Assembly: GCF_006345805.1 (NCBI RefSeq)
Contig: NC_043005.1
Span: 86,676,001 to 86,740,000 of the forward strand
Length of the DNA: 64,000 bases
From: Octopus sinensis
Taxonomy: Eukaryota
Direction of reading: 5' to 3'
Each line of letters starts with the position of its first letter. Positions within the stretch are counted from its first letter, which is position 1. The notes below the pieces were generated by a model. The model saw only the letters and a list, made by a program, of their open reading frames with translations. It was not told the origin of the DNA and made no database searches. The position numbers and the translations under genes were made by a program. Shown here piece after piece: positions 12,769 to 25,944 of the stretch.

Positions 12769-13235
12769 AAATATATGAAAGAATTGAGTGAACGACGAAT
12801 TGACAAAATTCCTTTATTTTCGACATATGTTTCGAAGGCTGCATATTCCTAATTGCGAAGGAATAAGGAGTATATTATGCCGCTTTCTCATCAAGACAGA
12901 TTATCACTATGGGCTCCGTGTGAGCAGTCATCTAAAAGTTTTGTACATCTTATGTTGACATTAGTTCCTTACATTTCCTGATGAGAAAGCGGCATAATAT
13001 ACTCCTTATCCCTTCGCAATTAGGAATATGCAGCCTTCGAAACATATGTCGAAAATAAAGGAATTTTGTTAATTCGTCGTTCAACTCCATTCTTTCATAT
13101 ATTTATATTTAAAAAAAAACATTCAAATTTCCACACGAAAGTACGTAACGTCACGCGTGTCTTCTCTGATGTGAATTTGCTACCCAGGTATCGGTTAACC
13201 GAATTATCCTTAACAAGATAATTCATTCAACTACT

Positions 13236-13239
<4 letters not shown>
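12769..13239 (+). mobile_element. Penelope-like pLTR-type element with an inverted 5' partial copy (~125 bp arms)
   Basis: 12769-12895 is the reverse complement of 12977-13104; (TA)n flanks; homologous to 54034-54336. Confidence 0.7.
12965..13063 (+). ncRNA. Type I hammerhead ribozyme motif
   Basis: Stem I ttcctt-aca-tttc/gaaa-ata-aaggaa; CTGATGA at 12978-12984; stem II gaaagcggcata/tatgcagccttc (2 mismatches); GAAA at 13039-13042; palindromic stem III ACATATGT; predicted GUC cleavage after 13050. Confidence 0.75.
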
Positions 13240-13287
<48 letters not shown>

Positions 13288-13513
13288 AAATTTGACTTAC
13301 TTATTTTTACACTTTGGTTCTTTGCTGAGTTTATTCTTGAGAACACATTCTTCGTGGAAAATGGCGATTTGACGTCTATATCTAGCATATAGGCTGTCCA
13401 CTTTTAGTGGTCCGTCCTCTAAATTGTGTATGTAAACAATTTTAATCTTCGGGTTTTTTAAAAATATGCTAGGCCACTGGTTTTAATGGATTACTATCAA
13501 CTCCTACCCTTAT

Positions 13514-13591
<78 letters not shown>

Positions 13592-13595
<4 letters not shown>

Positions 13596-14385
13596 GTCAA
13601 AGAGTGCATCTTCCACTTACGTTACGGATCTTTTATCGTAAATTATTGATTTTTGGTTGGGTTATAAGGGGTATTTATTCTGGTGTCTCGGATGGCATAG
13701 ATTGAATAGAAGATATTGTCTTGGCTCAATAGATGTTCTTTAAATGCCATTCCTTTTGGGTTGTGCATTTTCTTTATTAAGTTGTTATGGTTATGGATGT
13801 ATTCGCTGGAGAATTGTATATTTTTATAAATTTGAAACCATTATATATATATATATATTGATAATTCTGTTGTCGAATGCTTCAAATACTTGTAATTTCT
13901 CATTGGTTACATTCCACAATATGAAGCAATCGTCGAGTTACTTTTGCCTGTTTTCTCGTATAGATCTGAAAAAACGTTCTCATATCATCGTAGGCGATTT
14001 TTCTATATCAAAATGTCTTCACATCTCACTAACAGATTGGTGAAGGTTTCCCCATCGCTGTTCCAGAATTTTGTCCATAAGCGTTACAGTTGGACATAAC
14101 TAAGTTATTTCGAATAAATTTAATCTTATTATAAATTTAATTTTCGTGTAACAAAGAAGTGCACTTGTAGAATTATCCAATCAGAATTTAATGGCCCTGG
14201 TTCATAAGGCAAAACGGGATTTTATTTTCAACTCCTAAATTTCAATCCCATAAAGTCTGCTTCATTTGTTCCTTATTTCCATCATGGGGTCAACGTGGCA
14301 ATACAATGTTATTATGCAAGCTACGATGTCTATTAAATTTTCTCCTTCCATCCACGCCAAACATTGTAGATGAGTCCTCATTCTA
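13592..14385 (-). pseudogene. Penelope-like element reverse transcriptase, heavily degraded
   Basis: Minus frames read AIKF*LD, GTAMG, *LDDCFILW (YxDD position) and QYLLFNLCHPRH, in the expected PLE RT order. Multiple stops and frameshifts. Confidence 0.7.
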
Positions 14386-14452
14386 AAATAATAATAATAA
14401 TAACAATAATATTAATAATAATAATAATAATAACAACAACAACAACAATAAC

Positions 14453-14504
<52 letters not shown>

Positions 14505-14844
14505 TAATAATAATAATAATAATAATAAAACTATATGGGACCGAGGTTATACACAAATAAATAGAAGTTATACACAAATAAATAGAAGAGTGCCATATCA
14601 TGTGAAATTTATTGAATAATATTTCGGCAACTAGCGTGCCTTCCACAGGTTCAAAATTACATGTCAGTCTACTTCATTTTTTGTTAAGACTATATAACTA
14701 TTAACTAATAATGTTGTTGATGGTGATGATGATAATGATAATGATAATTATAATAACAACAACAACAACAACACCAACAACAGCAACAACAACAACAACA
14801 ATAATAATAATAATAATAATCATAATAATAATAATAATAATAAT

Positions 14845-15442
14845 ATCAAATACAGAATAGACAACATATCAGAAAGTGATAAGTGCAGAATTTGTAGACA
14901 AAATGTTGAAGCCGTATGGTATATTACCAGTCATTATACACCATTAGCCCAGAATCAATATAGAAACGTCATGAAAATATGCCAAGGATTTCCATTGGAC
15001 ACTTTGCGACAAGTTTGGACTTGACAGAGCAAAAAGGTGGTACGAACATAGACACGAAAACCTCATCGAAAATGATAATGCGAAGATCCTAGGATCCTAT
15101 TAGATTTTATGATTCAGTGCGACCATGAGATTGAGAATAGGAAACCAGACGTAGTATTAATCGAGAAACAAAGTAAACGATGCTGGATCATAGATATTGC
15201 ATGTCCGGCTGACAACATGGTATGCGGTAAGGAAGAAAGAAAAATCGATAGATATGGCAGGGTAGTTTGGGAGGGTGAGCAGTCCTGGTCGCTGAAAAAT
15301 AATTTTCGGAACATTGGGAACAATTAGTAAAAATCTTTAGAAGTACGTGGAACATATAGGGGCTGCAATAAGGGTGGAGCACATGCAGGAAACTGCACTG
15401 CTTGGTACCGCTCGAATACTCCAGGTGATGCTTGAAAAGTAA
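14845..15442 (+). mobile_element. R4/Dong-type element C-terminus (CCHC knuckle plus RLE endonuclease), 5'-truncated in (AAT)n
   Basis: DKCRICRQNVE...HWTLCDKFG; ENRKPDVVLIEK...CWIIDIACP (PD..D motif); ends ALLGTARILQVMLEK*. Confidence 0.85.
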
Positions 15443-15656
15443 TTTATTACATAGAGTTCCATCCTGATTATTGATTTCAAAGTTTGGGACAAGGCCAGAG
15501 TTTTGCCGGCGAGTGTAAATCGATTCCATGGAGGCCTTTTTCGACTGGTAATCAATGTATCGATCCACAAAATGATGAAAAGCAATTTGAACTCAGAACG
15601 TAAGACGGATGAACTGCCGATAAACATTTTCCCAGGGGTGCTAGCGATTCATTCTA

Positions 15657-16032
15657 CTGGAGGCACAAGGCGAGGGGATTGACGATTACATCGATCCCAG
15701 TGCGTAACTGGTACTTATCTAATCGCCCCCCGAAAGGATAAAAGGCAAAGTTGACCTCGGCGGAATTTGAAATCTGAACGTAGCGGCAGGCGAAACACCT
15801 ATTTCTTTACTACCCACAAGGGGCTAAATACAAAGGGGACAAACAAGGACAGACACACGGATTAAGTCGATTATATCGATCCCATTGTGTAACTGGTACT
15901 TATTTAATCGACCCCGAAAGGATGAAAGGCAAAGTCGACCTCGGCGGAATTTGAACTCAGAACGTAGCGGCAGACGAAATACCGCTAAGCAATTTGCTCG
16001 GCGTGCTAACGCTTCTGCCAGCTCACCGCTTT
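15657..16032 (-). mobile_element. SINE-B dimer
   Basis: Head, body, linker (gccccttgtgggtagtaaagaaatag), second headless body, and tail ccttgtgcct. Confidence 0.85.
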
Positions 16033-17492
16033 AGTCCCATCCAGAATATTACAAATATTACAAATTAAATTGTCGGACGAGGTGTAGTTTGATCTGAGAG
16101 CGTAAAGTGATGTAACTAAATATTGTACATGACACCGAATACGAAACTAATATTTTCAGTTAATGTAGTTATAAGATACAATAACTCTAAGCGTACAGTT
16201 ATAAGATGCTGTAATGGTTATGTCTTTCACAAGAACATATGATTGATAATGAAGTGTGCTTGTATTTCTGAAAATCGAAACCAGTTCATGCTTCCTATTG
16301 GCCAAATTTTAGGCCACTTAGCATAAAATCAATATTACCACTAAATTCTTAAGCGTGTTACTTTACACCAGAAGAATTTATTTCTTGTCAGCTAAAATCT
16401 CTGTGAATATTTCTGTCATTCTTTGAAAAGTTTTAAAGTTCGAAACAGCATCGTAGTACCTAACGTGAATAAAAAAAATTCCCTTATCGAAATTTAACAA
16501 TCTGTTTGCATGTCACTTTTGCTGCGCTTAGATGTGGTTTAGCTACTGTCAGGCTGCTGTTTAGAAATCTTAATCTAACTGATAATATATAAGGCTTCGG
16601 AGTTGGAAAATGAGAAAATGAATGCTTACAGTTTTTATATGTAACAATAAATTTCTGTTTAAATACTCATACTACACAGCAAGGTTAATCCTCAGCTTTG
16701 CGTTGTTGCTTTCGGTTGTAATAACGTGAGAGGTTTCAGGAACCGAAGAAACAACGGCTGTCTCATCGACGGCCGCTCATTTTGGACTATAAAATATTTT
16801 GCTTCTATCTAACACCTTCAACTCCACCCGCTACTCTCGTTGCTGTGTGATTTGGTCTTTTACAGATGATGGCAAATGTCAAATTTGTCAATAGCGATAA
16901 ATAAGTATAAGCAGCGGTACATCTTGAGAAGTCAGCAAAGAGATCAACTAAACGAATTTAAATCCATATAACGGCGGCTTAAGAATGCTTGTAGTAAAGA
17001 CTATAACTGTCGCTGACTTTTAGCACCTTTCCTTGCAGAACTATAAAACACTCAAGACTTTTGAAGAAAGTTTTCTAACCAACACAAAGAGAAACACAAA
17101 TACAAAACAAAGGCGTTGGAATCTCTCTAAAATATTTGTTATTGTTGCTATTTGATTGAAAACATTCTTTCACTACAGTTTGTTAGATTCGAAATATACG
17201 GACTTTTATGCTTTCTAGCTGGCCAGCTGCTGTTAAGCGTTGCAGTGATGAGTACAGGACTTCAGGCTTTTCGTGTATGCGTCAAAAGTTCATACTCTGG
17301 TTGTTGACTGTAAAATATTTAATATTAAAGTACACCAAGCTGCAAAAGAATAGTTTGTGTAAATAATGTTGCGGACGCTAACAGTTAGATAAACTTAATT
17401 GTTCCGTTAGATCGGACGAAAACGTTAAAATTCTCCTTTGAATAATAACTAAAGAAGTTTTTTTCTTGATTTTTGTAAAGTAATGAATGATT

Positions 17493-17712
17493 GTTAAGTT
17501 AAGTTAATTTTTTTGGCTCAACAAGCAAAAAGCAACGCCATGTAGGGGGACATGGAGTTATGTACAGGGAGGATGTTCATGCAAAGATTTCAGGCCATTT
17601 CTGGCCAAGAGAGACTTTGAACCGAGCGGTCGTTGGCATCTTCACTATCTCGTCCGGCAGCTTATTCCACGGATCCGCAACCCGGACGGAGAAAGCCCCT
17701 CTCCTTCGATTG
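17493..17712 (-). mobile_element. CR1-group LINE 3' end
   Basis: Homologous to 21249-21810 and 50142-50471; (TTAAC)-type tail. Confidence 0.8.
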
Positions 17713-19375
17713 GAAAGAAAAATAGTTATTCCAAGTAATGATAGACAAAAAGTGCGATTTATTAATCTAATAAACGGACAAATTAACCTTTAGTGCCTAT
17801 TTGTTATAAAGTTGCATGACCTTGTTGTTGGAGGGGCTGCACTAAAGATTCTCGAACTGGGAGCTATATTCTGGAGAAAAGTATTTCATGTCACTCCAGT
17901 TCACATAACTGTAAATTTTTAACTATAGGATGGGCTGGCGTCTCCTCCAGGGGGATGTTGTGATATCTACCACACATACGCCTTGGAAACTGGGCAACTG
18001 ACCCATTGAAGCCTAAGGTTTGAAACAATATTTACCTATCAGTTTCATGAATGTCTCCTGTTTCTCATGGTACATAATGCTATACTGCATTTTTTAATCC
18101 TCAATAATGATTAGATAGGAATCATCCAGGTGTTCTAAAGAAGAATTCTTCGAAATATATTGACACTTATAAAGGGTTGCTGAAAGCCCCTGGCTTTAAG
18201 GCTATGTTGAGAGGCAAGGCTGGAGCCCCAACTTTCCGAGTTCTTTTACATGGCTTACAAAAACAGAAGGACCACTGCAGTGAGGGTGTGAATCTAAGGA
18301 GAATATATTGAATTTCTTTTATCCAAAACCAGGATCTTTTCACCATCCCCTCGTATTCAGAATAGATATTCCCTATCCTTTTTTAAAGTTGTAACCTGTT
18401 TCAACGAAGGTCAGTGGTTTTTGAACCAGAGTTCAAATACTTCAACTTGACATCCTACGAATTCTAAATCAGCACTTCTTTTCCTCATGTAGTTTTGAAA
18501 TCGAGTAAATATTTAGATATATCTGTATTCAAATCTGTAGAATAAATATTGAGAGAAGATAAATATCGTTGATTTTGGATTTAAAGATTTCTTTCACAAA
18601 TTGGTTGTAATAGCAGTAAATCGGATTTCAAAATGGATCGCAAATTTATTATTTAACAGCTTTCATGTATGTTTTCTAAGTCTGCCTTCTAAGTCTTAAT
18701 GCATGTTTTCTAAGTCCGTTTTCTTACCAATTCCTCACAAGTCTTCATGATTAGATGATAGACTTCTGCGATCACAATCAAATATGGTTTCCATAAAACT
18801 TCTCCGTGGCGCTTTTAGTTTATAAATTTTCTGTTCGTTTTTAGTGTTTACAAGTATTTCATGTTAGGTCTACATCATAAAACGAAGAACTTACAATTGT
18901 CACATTTCTCATTGTTTAAGAACTTAGGGTTATAGTGTTCCTTCGAAAGAGATAAATAGTACTGCTTGAAACTATTTTAAACACATGTAATATTCCAAAC
19001 ATTGGAGTAGCGAATTCTGGATTTCAAAATAGATTCCAGCCATTGCAAATTCGCATGGCTTAGAACTAATTACTGTTTAAAGTTCTGGGCCGCATCGGGC
19101 CGTATACTCAGTTTCTGTAGCGTATAAGTGACCGTCATCACAACATTTTCCGCGAACGAGTCTCTAGTCCAAAGATTTACAAATGAGCGGAATGGAGCAA
19201 CGTAAAACGAAGGGCTGCCCAATTCTGGAATCGAAACCACAATTTTACTACAGTGAATGCAACACACTAACCACTGACACACGTCCATTCACATCATTTA
19301 CAAACTACCTGAAAATTGAACGATTATGTGTTTTTCCACAATCACTCAAATGATTTTTGAATGGTACAAACCTCC

Positions 19376-19815
19376 TTCTAGGTATTCTTTTCTAGTCTAG
19401 GCACAAGACCGAAATTTTGGAGGAGGGGCCAGTCGATTACATCAACCCTATTACACAACTGGTACTTAATTTATCGACCCCAAAAGGATAAAAGGTAAAG
19501 TTGACTTCGGCGGAATTTGAACTCAGAATATAGCGGCAGATGAAATACTACTACGTATTTCGCCCGGCGTGCTAACGTTTCTTATTTCTTTATTGCCCAC
19601 AAGGAGGTAAACATAAAGGGGAGAAACAAGCATAGACTAGGGGATTAAGTCGATTACATCGACCCCAGTGCGTAACTGCTACATAATTTATTGACCCCGA
19701 AAGGATAAAAGGCAAAGTCAACCTCGGCAGAATTTGAACTCAGAACGTAACGGCAGACGAAATACCGCTAAGCATTTCGCTTGTCGTGCTAAAGTTTCTG
19801 CCAGCTCGCCGCCTA
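19376..19815 (-). mobile_element. SINE-B dimer
   Basis: Two bodies with box B (aatttgaactcagaa) joined by the linker; head ends gccagctcgccgcc. Confidence 0.85.
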
Positions 19816-20039
19816 CCTTTGAGGTATTCTTATCAAAAATCCAGACCTGACTGAGTTACTACTCAAATAGAAAATAGGAAATGCGTTTTCTAAATGACCC
19901 AATGCTTAATAACTTTGTCTCATCTCAATTGGACATTAATCAATCACATCAACACACTAAGCGTGCCATGTCTTTCTGACAATCGATCTAAAACTACAGT
20001 ATTTGTTGGGTCCATCCTAATTTACTCAGGTGTATATTC

Positions 20040-20410
20040 TTTTCTACTCTAGGCACAAGGCCCAAAATTATTTGTTGGGGCTGGGTGCCAGTCGATTTGA
20101 TCGACCCCCGAAAGGATGAAAGGCAAAATCGACTTCGGCAGAATTTGAACTCAGAACGTAGAAAAATGAAATACCTATTTCTTTACTACCCACAAGGGGT
20201 TAAACACAGAGGGGACAATCAAAGACAGACAAACGGATTAAGTCGATTATATGGGCCTCAGTGCGTAACTGGTACTGAGTTTATCGACCCCGAAAGGATG
20301 AAAGGCAAAGTCGACCTTGGCGGAATTTGAACTTAGAACGTAGCGGCAGACGAAATACTGCTAAGCATTTCGCCCGGCGTGCTAACGATTCTGCCAGCTC
20401 GCCGCCTTAC
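20040..20410 (-). mobile_element. SINE-B multimer
   Basis: Repeated gaaaggatgaaaggcaaa..cgac.t.ggc.gaatttgaact units with the linker. Confidence 0.85.
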
Positions 20411-21139
20411 GCAGGTGTATATTAAGAAACTTTCAGTTCCTTTTTTCTCCTGCAGAGTAAACTTCTAAAATTTTGATAAACAGATTTGATTTCGAATTCT
20501 GTTAGACAGTTAATTTTTTATAATTGTTTTTCCTTCTATATTTCCTGTAAAACACACTATCAAAGCTAATTTTTATTGCCATGAAGTGAACTAAGGCTAG
20601 CAAAGAAAACCATCGATGATATGTTGTAGAATATTCTAATATGAAGTGGAATTCATCAATATACTTCGTCTGTTTGTATCGATATACAGAAAATCACAAT
20701 CGATCTAGTCAGTGACGGCAGAATAAAGGGTTTGCTGTTTTATATCACACTAGAAATTGAAGCGTTTCCCTTTACAGGTTTCCTTCAACGCGGTAGCCCC
20801 TATGCACTCAGACGTTCCACTAGACGTAGGAGAGGAACCTTCTTTTTATATCATGTTAAATCTTATTAAAGAGTAAAACAACTGCAATACGATGAAAACT
20901 CCTTCTCTAAAATACACTTCATACAAATTCTACCTCATGAAGGATGGCCTGTGGGGGAAAGGAATACAACATCCTTGTAGTTCGAGGGATTTAAGGATAG
21001 TATTCAATTCCTAACGCATTAAGCTCAATGCTATAAACTTTGACGCGGGTCCACACACTACGAATTCGCATTTCAGAGAAAATGGCATCCACTTCACAAT
21101 TGATAACGGACAGATTTTTAATAACATTTTATAAGTATT

Positions 21140-22090
21140 ATAGGTGCATATACCTCTGTGTTTTAAGAAGTTTGGTTCCAAGCACGTAGTTCTGGATTCA
21201 TTCCCATTGTGTAGCACTTTGGACAAGTGTCTTCTCCAATAGCCTCGATAGTTAGTTAGTTAATTTTGGGGCTCAAAAAGCAAAAAGTAAGGCCATGTAC
21301 GGGGACATAGAGTTATGTACAGGGTGGTGTTCATGTAAAGAGTTCAGGCCACTTGTGGTCAAGGGAGACTTTGAACCGAGCGGTCGTCGGCATCTTCACC
21401 ATCTCGTCCGGCAGCTTATTCCACGGATCCGCAACCTGGACGGAGAAAGCCCCTCTCCTTCGATTGAGATGAAATCGTCGCAGATAGGGCTTTTCGGAAT
21501 GACCCCACAGCCAACGATCTGGAGCAGGAGTGAAGAACAGCTCTTTCGAGAGGTTACACTTTCCGGTTATGATGTTGTGAGCAAGAATGAGATCACCACG
21601 GCGTCGTCGTTTTCCTAGAGAATAACGGTCGAGCGTCTTCAGCCTTTCTTCATAAGACAAATTCTTGAGACCAAAAACCATGCGGGTAGCCAGCTTCTGG
21701 ACTCTTTCAAGATGCTGTATGTCTTTGAGGAGATAAGGAGAAGAGGCTTGAATCCCGTACTCCAATATGGGTCTCACCAGCGTGACATAGAGCGGTAGGA
21801 ATATGGCTGCTGTGAGCAAACTGAAAGAAGCCCGTCCTATGTGTGTGTACGTGTGTGTGTGCTTTTGTATCTGTTTGTGCCCCTGCCACCGATTGACAAC
21901 CGGTGTTGCTGTGTTTACGCTCCAGTAGCTTAACGGTTCGCTAAAAGAGGCTGATCGAATAAGTACGAAGCATGAAATAAATAAGTGTAATAAATATTGG
22001 AGTCGTTTCATTCGACTAATCTTTCTTCAAGGCAATGCCCCAGCGTGGCCGCGGCCAGATGAATGAAACTAACAAAATATAAGATATAGA
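21140..22090 (+). mobile_element. Degraded SINE-A interrupted by a CR1 insertion
   Basis: SINE head to ...caagtgtcttctccaatagcctcg (21247); resumes at ~21811 with aaactgaaagaagcccgtc through to the 3' tail. Confidence 0.7.
21249..21810 (-). mobile_element. CR1-group LINE 3' part (RT C-terminus, 3' UTR, (AACT)n tail)
   Basis: LYVTLVRPILEYG...SPYLLKDIQHLERVQKLATRMV.GLKNLSYEERLK.L..YSL.KRR.RGDLI...WNKLP...FK.SLD is a typical CR1 C-terminus. Confidence 0.9.
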
Positions 22091-22769
22091 ATATTAGTTT
22101 CTATGTCGTTTCTAGGTCGTAGTCGTCGAAGTCACTATTGCCATCGTCACTAAAATTTACTAAAACCACCACCACCACCACAAACAGCAACACCAACACA
22201 ACAATCACCATCATCAACATCATCTTCATCCTCCTCATCAACATCTTGGTTACCGTCCTCATAATAATTTTTACCATAAACTTTTTCCTGACTTCTTCGC
22301 AATTTCTCAATATTTTCTTCATCTGTAATTTCCAGAAAGAGATTCCATATTTTTTTGCTTTTTTGTTTCTTTTTCTCTCTTTGGATTACAATATTCTTCA
22401 TTTTAATTTTTTTCCCTATGGGTTTTGCTTCGTAAATTCATTTATTTTCATTTATTTCATTATGCATTTAATCACTGAAGTGACATATCCTGTTTTCCAA
22501 GAATTCATTAATTCTAGCAAATTATAACTCTCCGAATTCCAAGACGAAATATTAGTTCTACTCAATTCTGAAATGGCCCAAAAAAGTATTTTTCCGCTTG
22601 CACATTTTGAAATCATTATTTTCTCCTTGAAAAACTTTAGTGGTTTTAAAGTGCTAACTGCAATTGCTTTACATCCTAGCATTGAATTAACTTTCTAAAT
22701 CTTTGCTAAATTCCAATTTTTCTGCTTGAAACATTAAAAAAATCACTAATTATTAGATGCAACGCAGCT

Positions 22770-22895
22770 TTAGGCGCGCGTGTAAATATGTGGCAAGAAG
22801 TTTGCTTCCCGCACCACGGTTTCGTGTTCGGTCCCACTACGTTGCAACTTAGGTAAGTGATTTCCACTCCAGCCTCGGACCGACTATATAGAGAA

Positions 22896-22978
<83 letters not shown>

Positions 22979-23225
22979 GATAGACAGATAGATAGATAAA
23001 TGTCTGTGTGAGAGTGTGGGCGCTCGTGTGTGTGTTTGTGTGTGCTGCTATGTTTTGTCCACGTAACCTAGCGGTTCAGTGAAAGATCCCAATAAGAAGA
23101 ATAAGTACCAGGCTTTAAAACAACAAATAATGGAATCAATTCATTCGACCAAAATTTCTTCAAGTCGGCGCTCCAACATGGGGCAGTTTAATGGCTGAAA
23201 CAAGTAAAAGTTAGAAGATGAAGGC
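22770..23225 (+). mobile_element. Diverged SINE-A with internal (GATA)n expansion
   Basis: Head aggcgcgcg..tgtggcaagaagtttgcttccc..gttcggtccc; (GATA)n at ~22890-23000; tail gctgaaacaagtaaaag. Confidence 0.7.
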
Positions 23226-23548
23226 TCTCTCTTTCCTCAAGTATAGTGACAAGTGATTCGGTGTTGTCACTTCAGAGTGACTATAAAAGTAGCTGATGGT
23301 GATGTACTGGGAACAGTTTCATTCTGTAACAAACTAATAAATAGACTGAATTTATATTCCACTCAGTGAAAGCAAAAGCTTCTCCCAACATCTGACTTTG
23401 TCTTCTCTGCAAACACACACACACACACACGAATATTTTGATGCGATAAGGAGCTATGTGAAGATGTTATTAAAAAATATAACAACCACCAATATGTTGC
23501 GAGCCACTTTGTTTCGTTTGTATCATACCTAGATACTGAGTGGACTAC

Positions 23549-23593
<45 letters not shown>

Positions 23594-23753
23594 AAACAGT
23601 AGACAGAAGAATACAGACAGGGGAATAGAGCAATTATAGCAATTATACAGCATACCAATTCCTTTATAAATATACATAAAGGTAAGAACATAAACATATC
23701 GTCAGTTGCAATGCTAATAAAACGCTGGAGTGGTATATATATATGTATATATA

Positions 23754-23813
<60 letters not shown>

Positions 23814-24012
23814 ATATAATAGCAATATATTACAAAAAGAAAATAGAAACTACACGTGGAAATGTAAGGGGAAACTAAGAAAAATCAACGAAAATACATA
23901 TTGTAAATAAAATAAGAAGAAAAAGGTCTTTATGAAAGGTAACGACAGATATATACAATTAGATGAACTGAGGTAGGAATAAAAGTAATAAAAGTCATAA
24001 ACGTCATTATTA

Positions 24013-24079
<67 letters not shown>

Positions 24080-25944
24080 AGCGATATAATTATTTTTATT
24101 TTATCGCAATTTGATTTGTTTATATATGATATACATATATATTTCCTGGTTTCGAATATCTGGCGTTCTTGTTATCTTTCATTCTATTATCATTTGTTTG
24201 TTCCCATCTGGGCTATGAAAGGTTTTTGTATATATTCTTGTTGGTCCTAATTAGTCACACCAGTATGTAATTCCAGACGAAGAATCAAATTTTTATTTCA
24301 TGATGAGTTTTTTCGTTTTTGTCTTTGGAATTAATTAGATTCCGAAACAATTTGTAAAATGTATATTGGTTCTGTAGCAACTTGGATCATGAATTAAAGA
24401 TCGTCTGCACTTACAATTTTTCCTTTCCTGATACTTCATGTATTGGTTTTGCAAAAACTGAATATATATATATTCTCTACGTGGACTGTACCGCCAGACT
24501 TAGATATTTCACATCCCTTTCAAGGATTCCGGTACTCACCACTTTTATATATATACATATATATATATATATTAGTGGAACAAGGACAACCAGACCAAAG
24601 CAGGACGAGTATCGCAAGTCATTTAGAATATTTAATTAGAGTAAACAGAATGTGAAATAATTAATTAAATAGTTAATTAATTAACCAATCAATTAATTAA
24701 TTAATTAATTGATGGATGTCTTTCTTGGATATCCCAAGTGATATGTTAGCATCCCCATACACTTGTTTTATTCCGTCATCAGAGACAAGAGGAGTATGTA
24801 CGACAGTTCTAGCAGAGAATTCACAGTGTATAAATAAAGGAATAAAATAGTAGAAAGCAGAATAAAGAGTAAAACAGTAGAGAGAAGAATACATGAAGAA
24901 AAAACGCAATTATATATGTGTGTGTGTATACACATTATATATGTGTGTATATATATATGTAACTGTGTGTGGTGGTGGTGTGTTTGTATGTACGTAAGTA
25001 CGTATGTATGTATGTATGTATGTATGTATGTATGTATGCATGTGTGTATGTATGTATGTATGCATGTATGTATGTATGTATGTATGTTTATATATGTATG
25101 TATGTGTATATATGTATGTATGTATGCTAATTATCTTGCAGCATATAACACAAATTCCTAATGGTTTGCTAGCGGCTATTAGGGACAATGGAGTCAGATG
25201 TGAACCATTTATTAATAATATATGAAATATGACAGAATGTCTTCTCACCAAAATTTTCCAGTGTCGTGTTTTTTGCCAGGTCGCAAAGAAATTTCTAAAG
25301 CAATTCTCTGTCAACAACCTGTAGCTTCAGAGACGTTAGCAAATCATAAAATATTCCCGTATTGCAATCAAAAGCCAGAAGGAAAACACCTGAATATCTG
25401 TGACCAGCTGCTTTCCTCCACCATTCACATAAATCATTTGTTAATTATCGACCAGAAGAAGAATTACTTGATCTACAAAAGCGTGCTGTAATTTATTTAA
25501 GCTTTTTTAGTGACTTGTTACCCTGTAGTTTCCATAGAGTGCTGCCACACGTTCAAAAACCACTACAGAACATATGGATGGTCATCTCACATCCATTTCT
25601 CAAAATGTCTTTCGATAATTCTCGAGGAAGTGGTTATATTACAAATTAAGCTTGATATCAATGTAACTGGTAATCAACAAAAGACTGATATTGTTCTCAA
25701 TGCTTAGCACATATATGACTGAAGTTATTTCCTCCTCGATCACCGCTTAACTTGCTTTAATATGCTACATCTACAATGCTCATTATATCATACTATAGTT
25801 TTATTCCGAAAGGTGTGATTTAAGAGAGATTTGACAGCTCTTTTGATTACATCAAGTGACGTAGAAACTACCTACTTAGGTCGGTAAGGAGTTTCTCTAT
25901 ATCTATCTAGGTCATTAACTAATATTTCGGAGGCCTCCTTTCGT

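Noticed and set aside
17950-18500. Possible DIRS-like RT remnant on minus (LKYLN, HLDDSYL, LGF)
   Set aside because: Only scattered short motifs in different frames; needs an HMM search to support.
21331-22011. 226-aa ORF, the longest non-microsatellite ORF
   Set aside because: Chimera of an antisense SINE-A segment and a CR1 RT C-terminus, not a gene.
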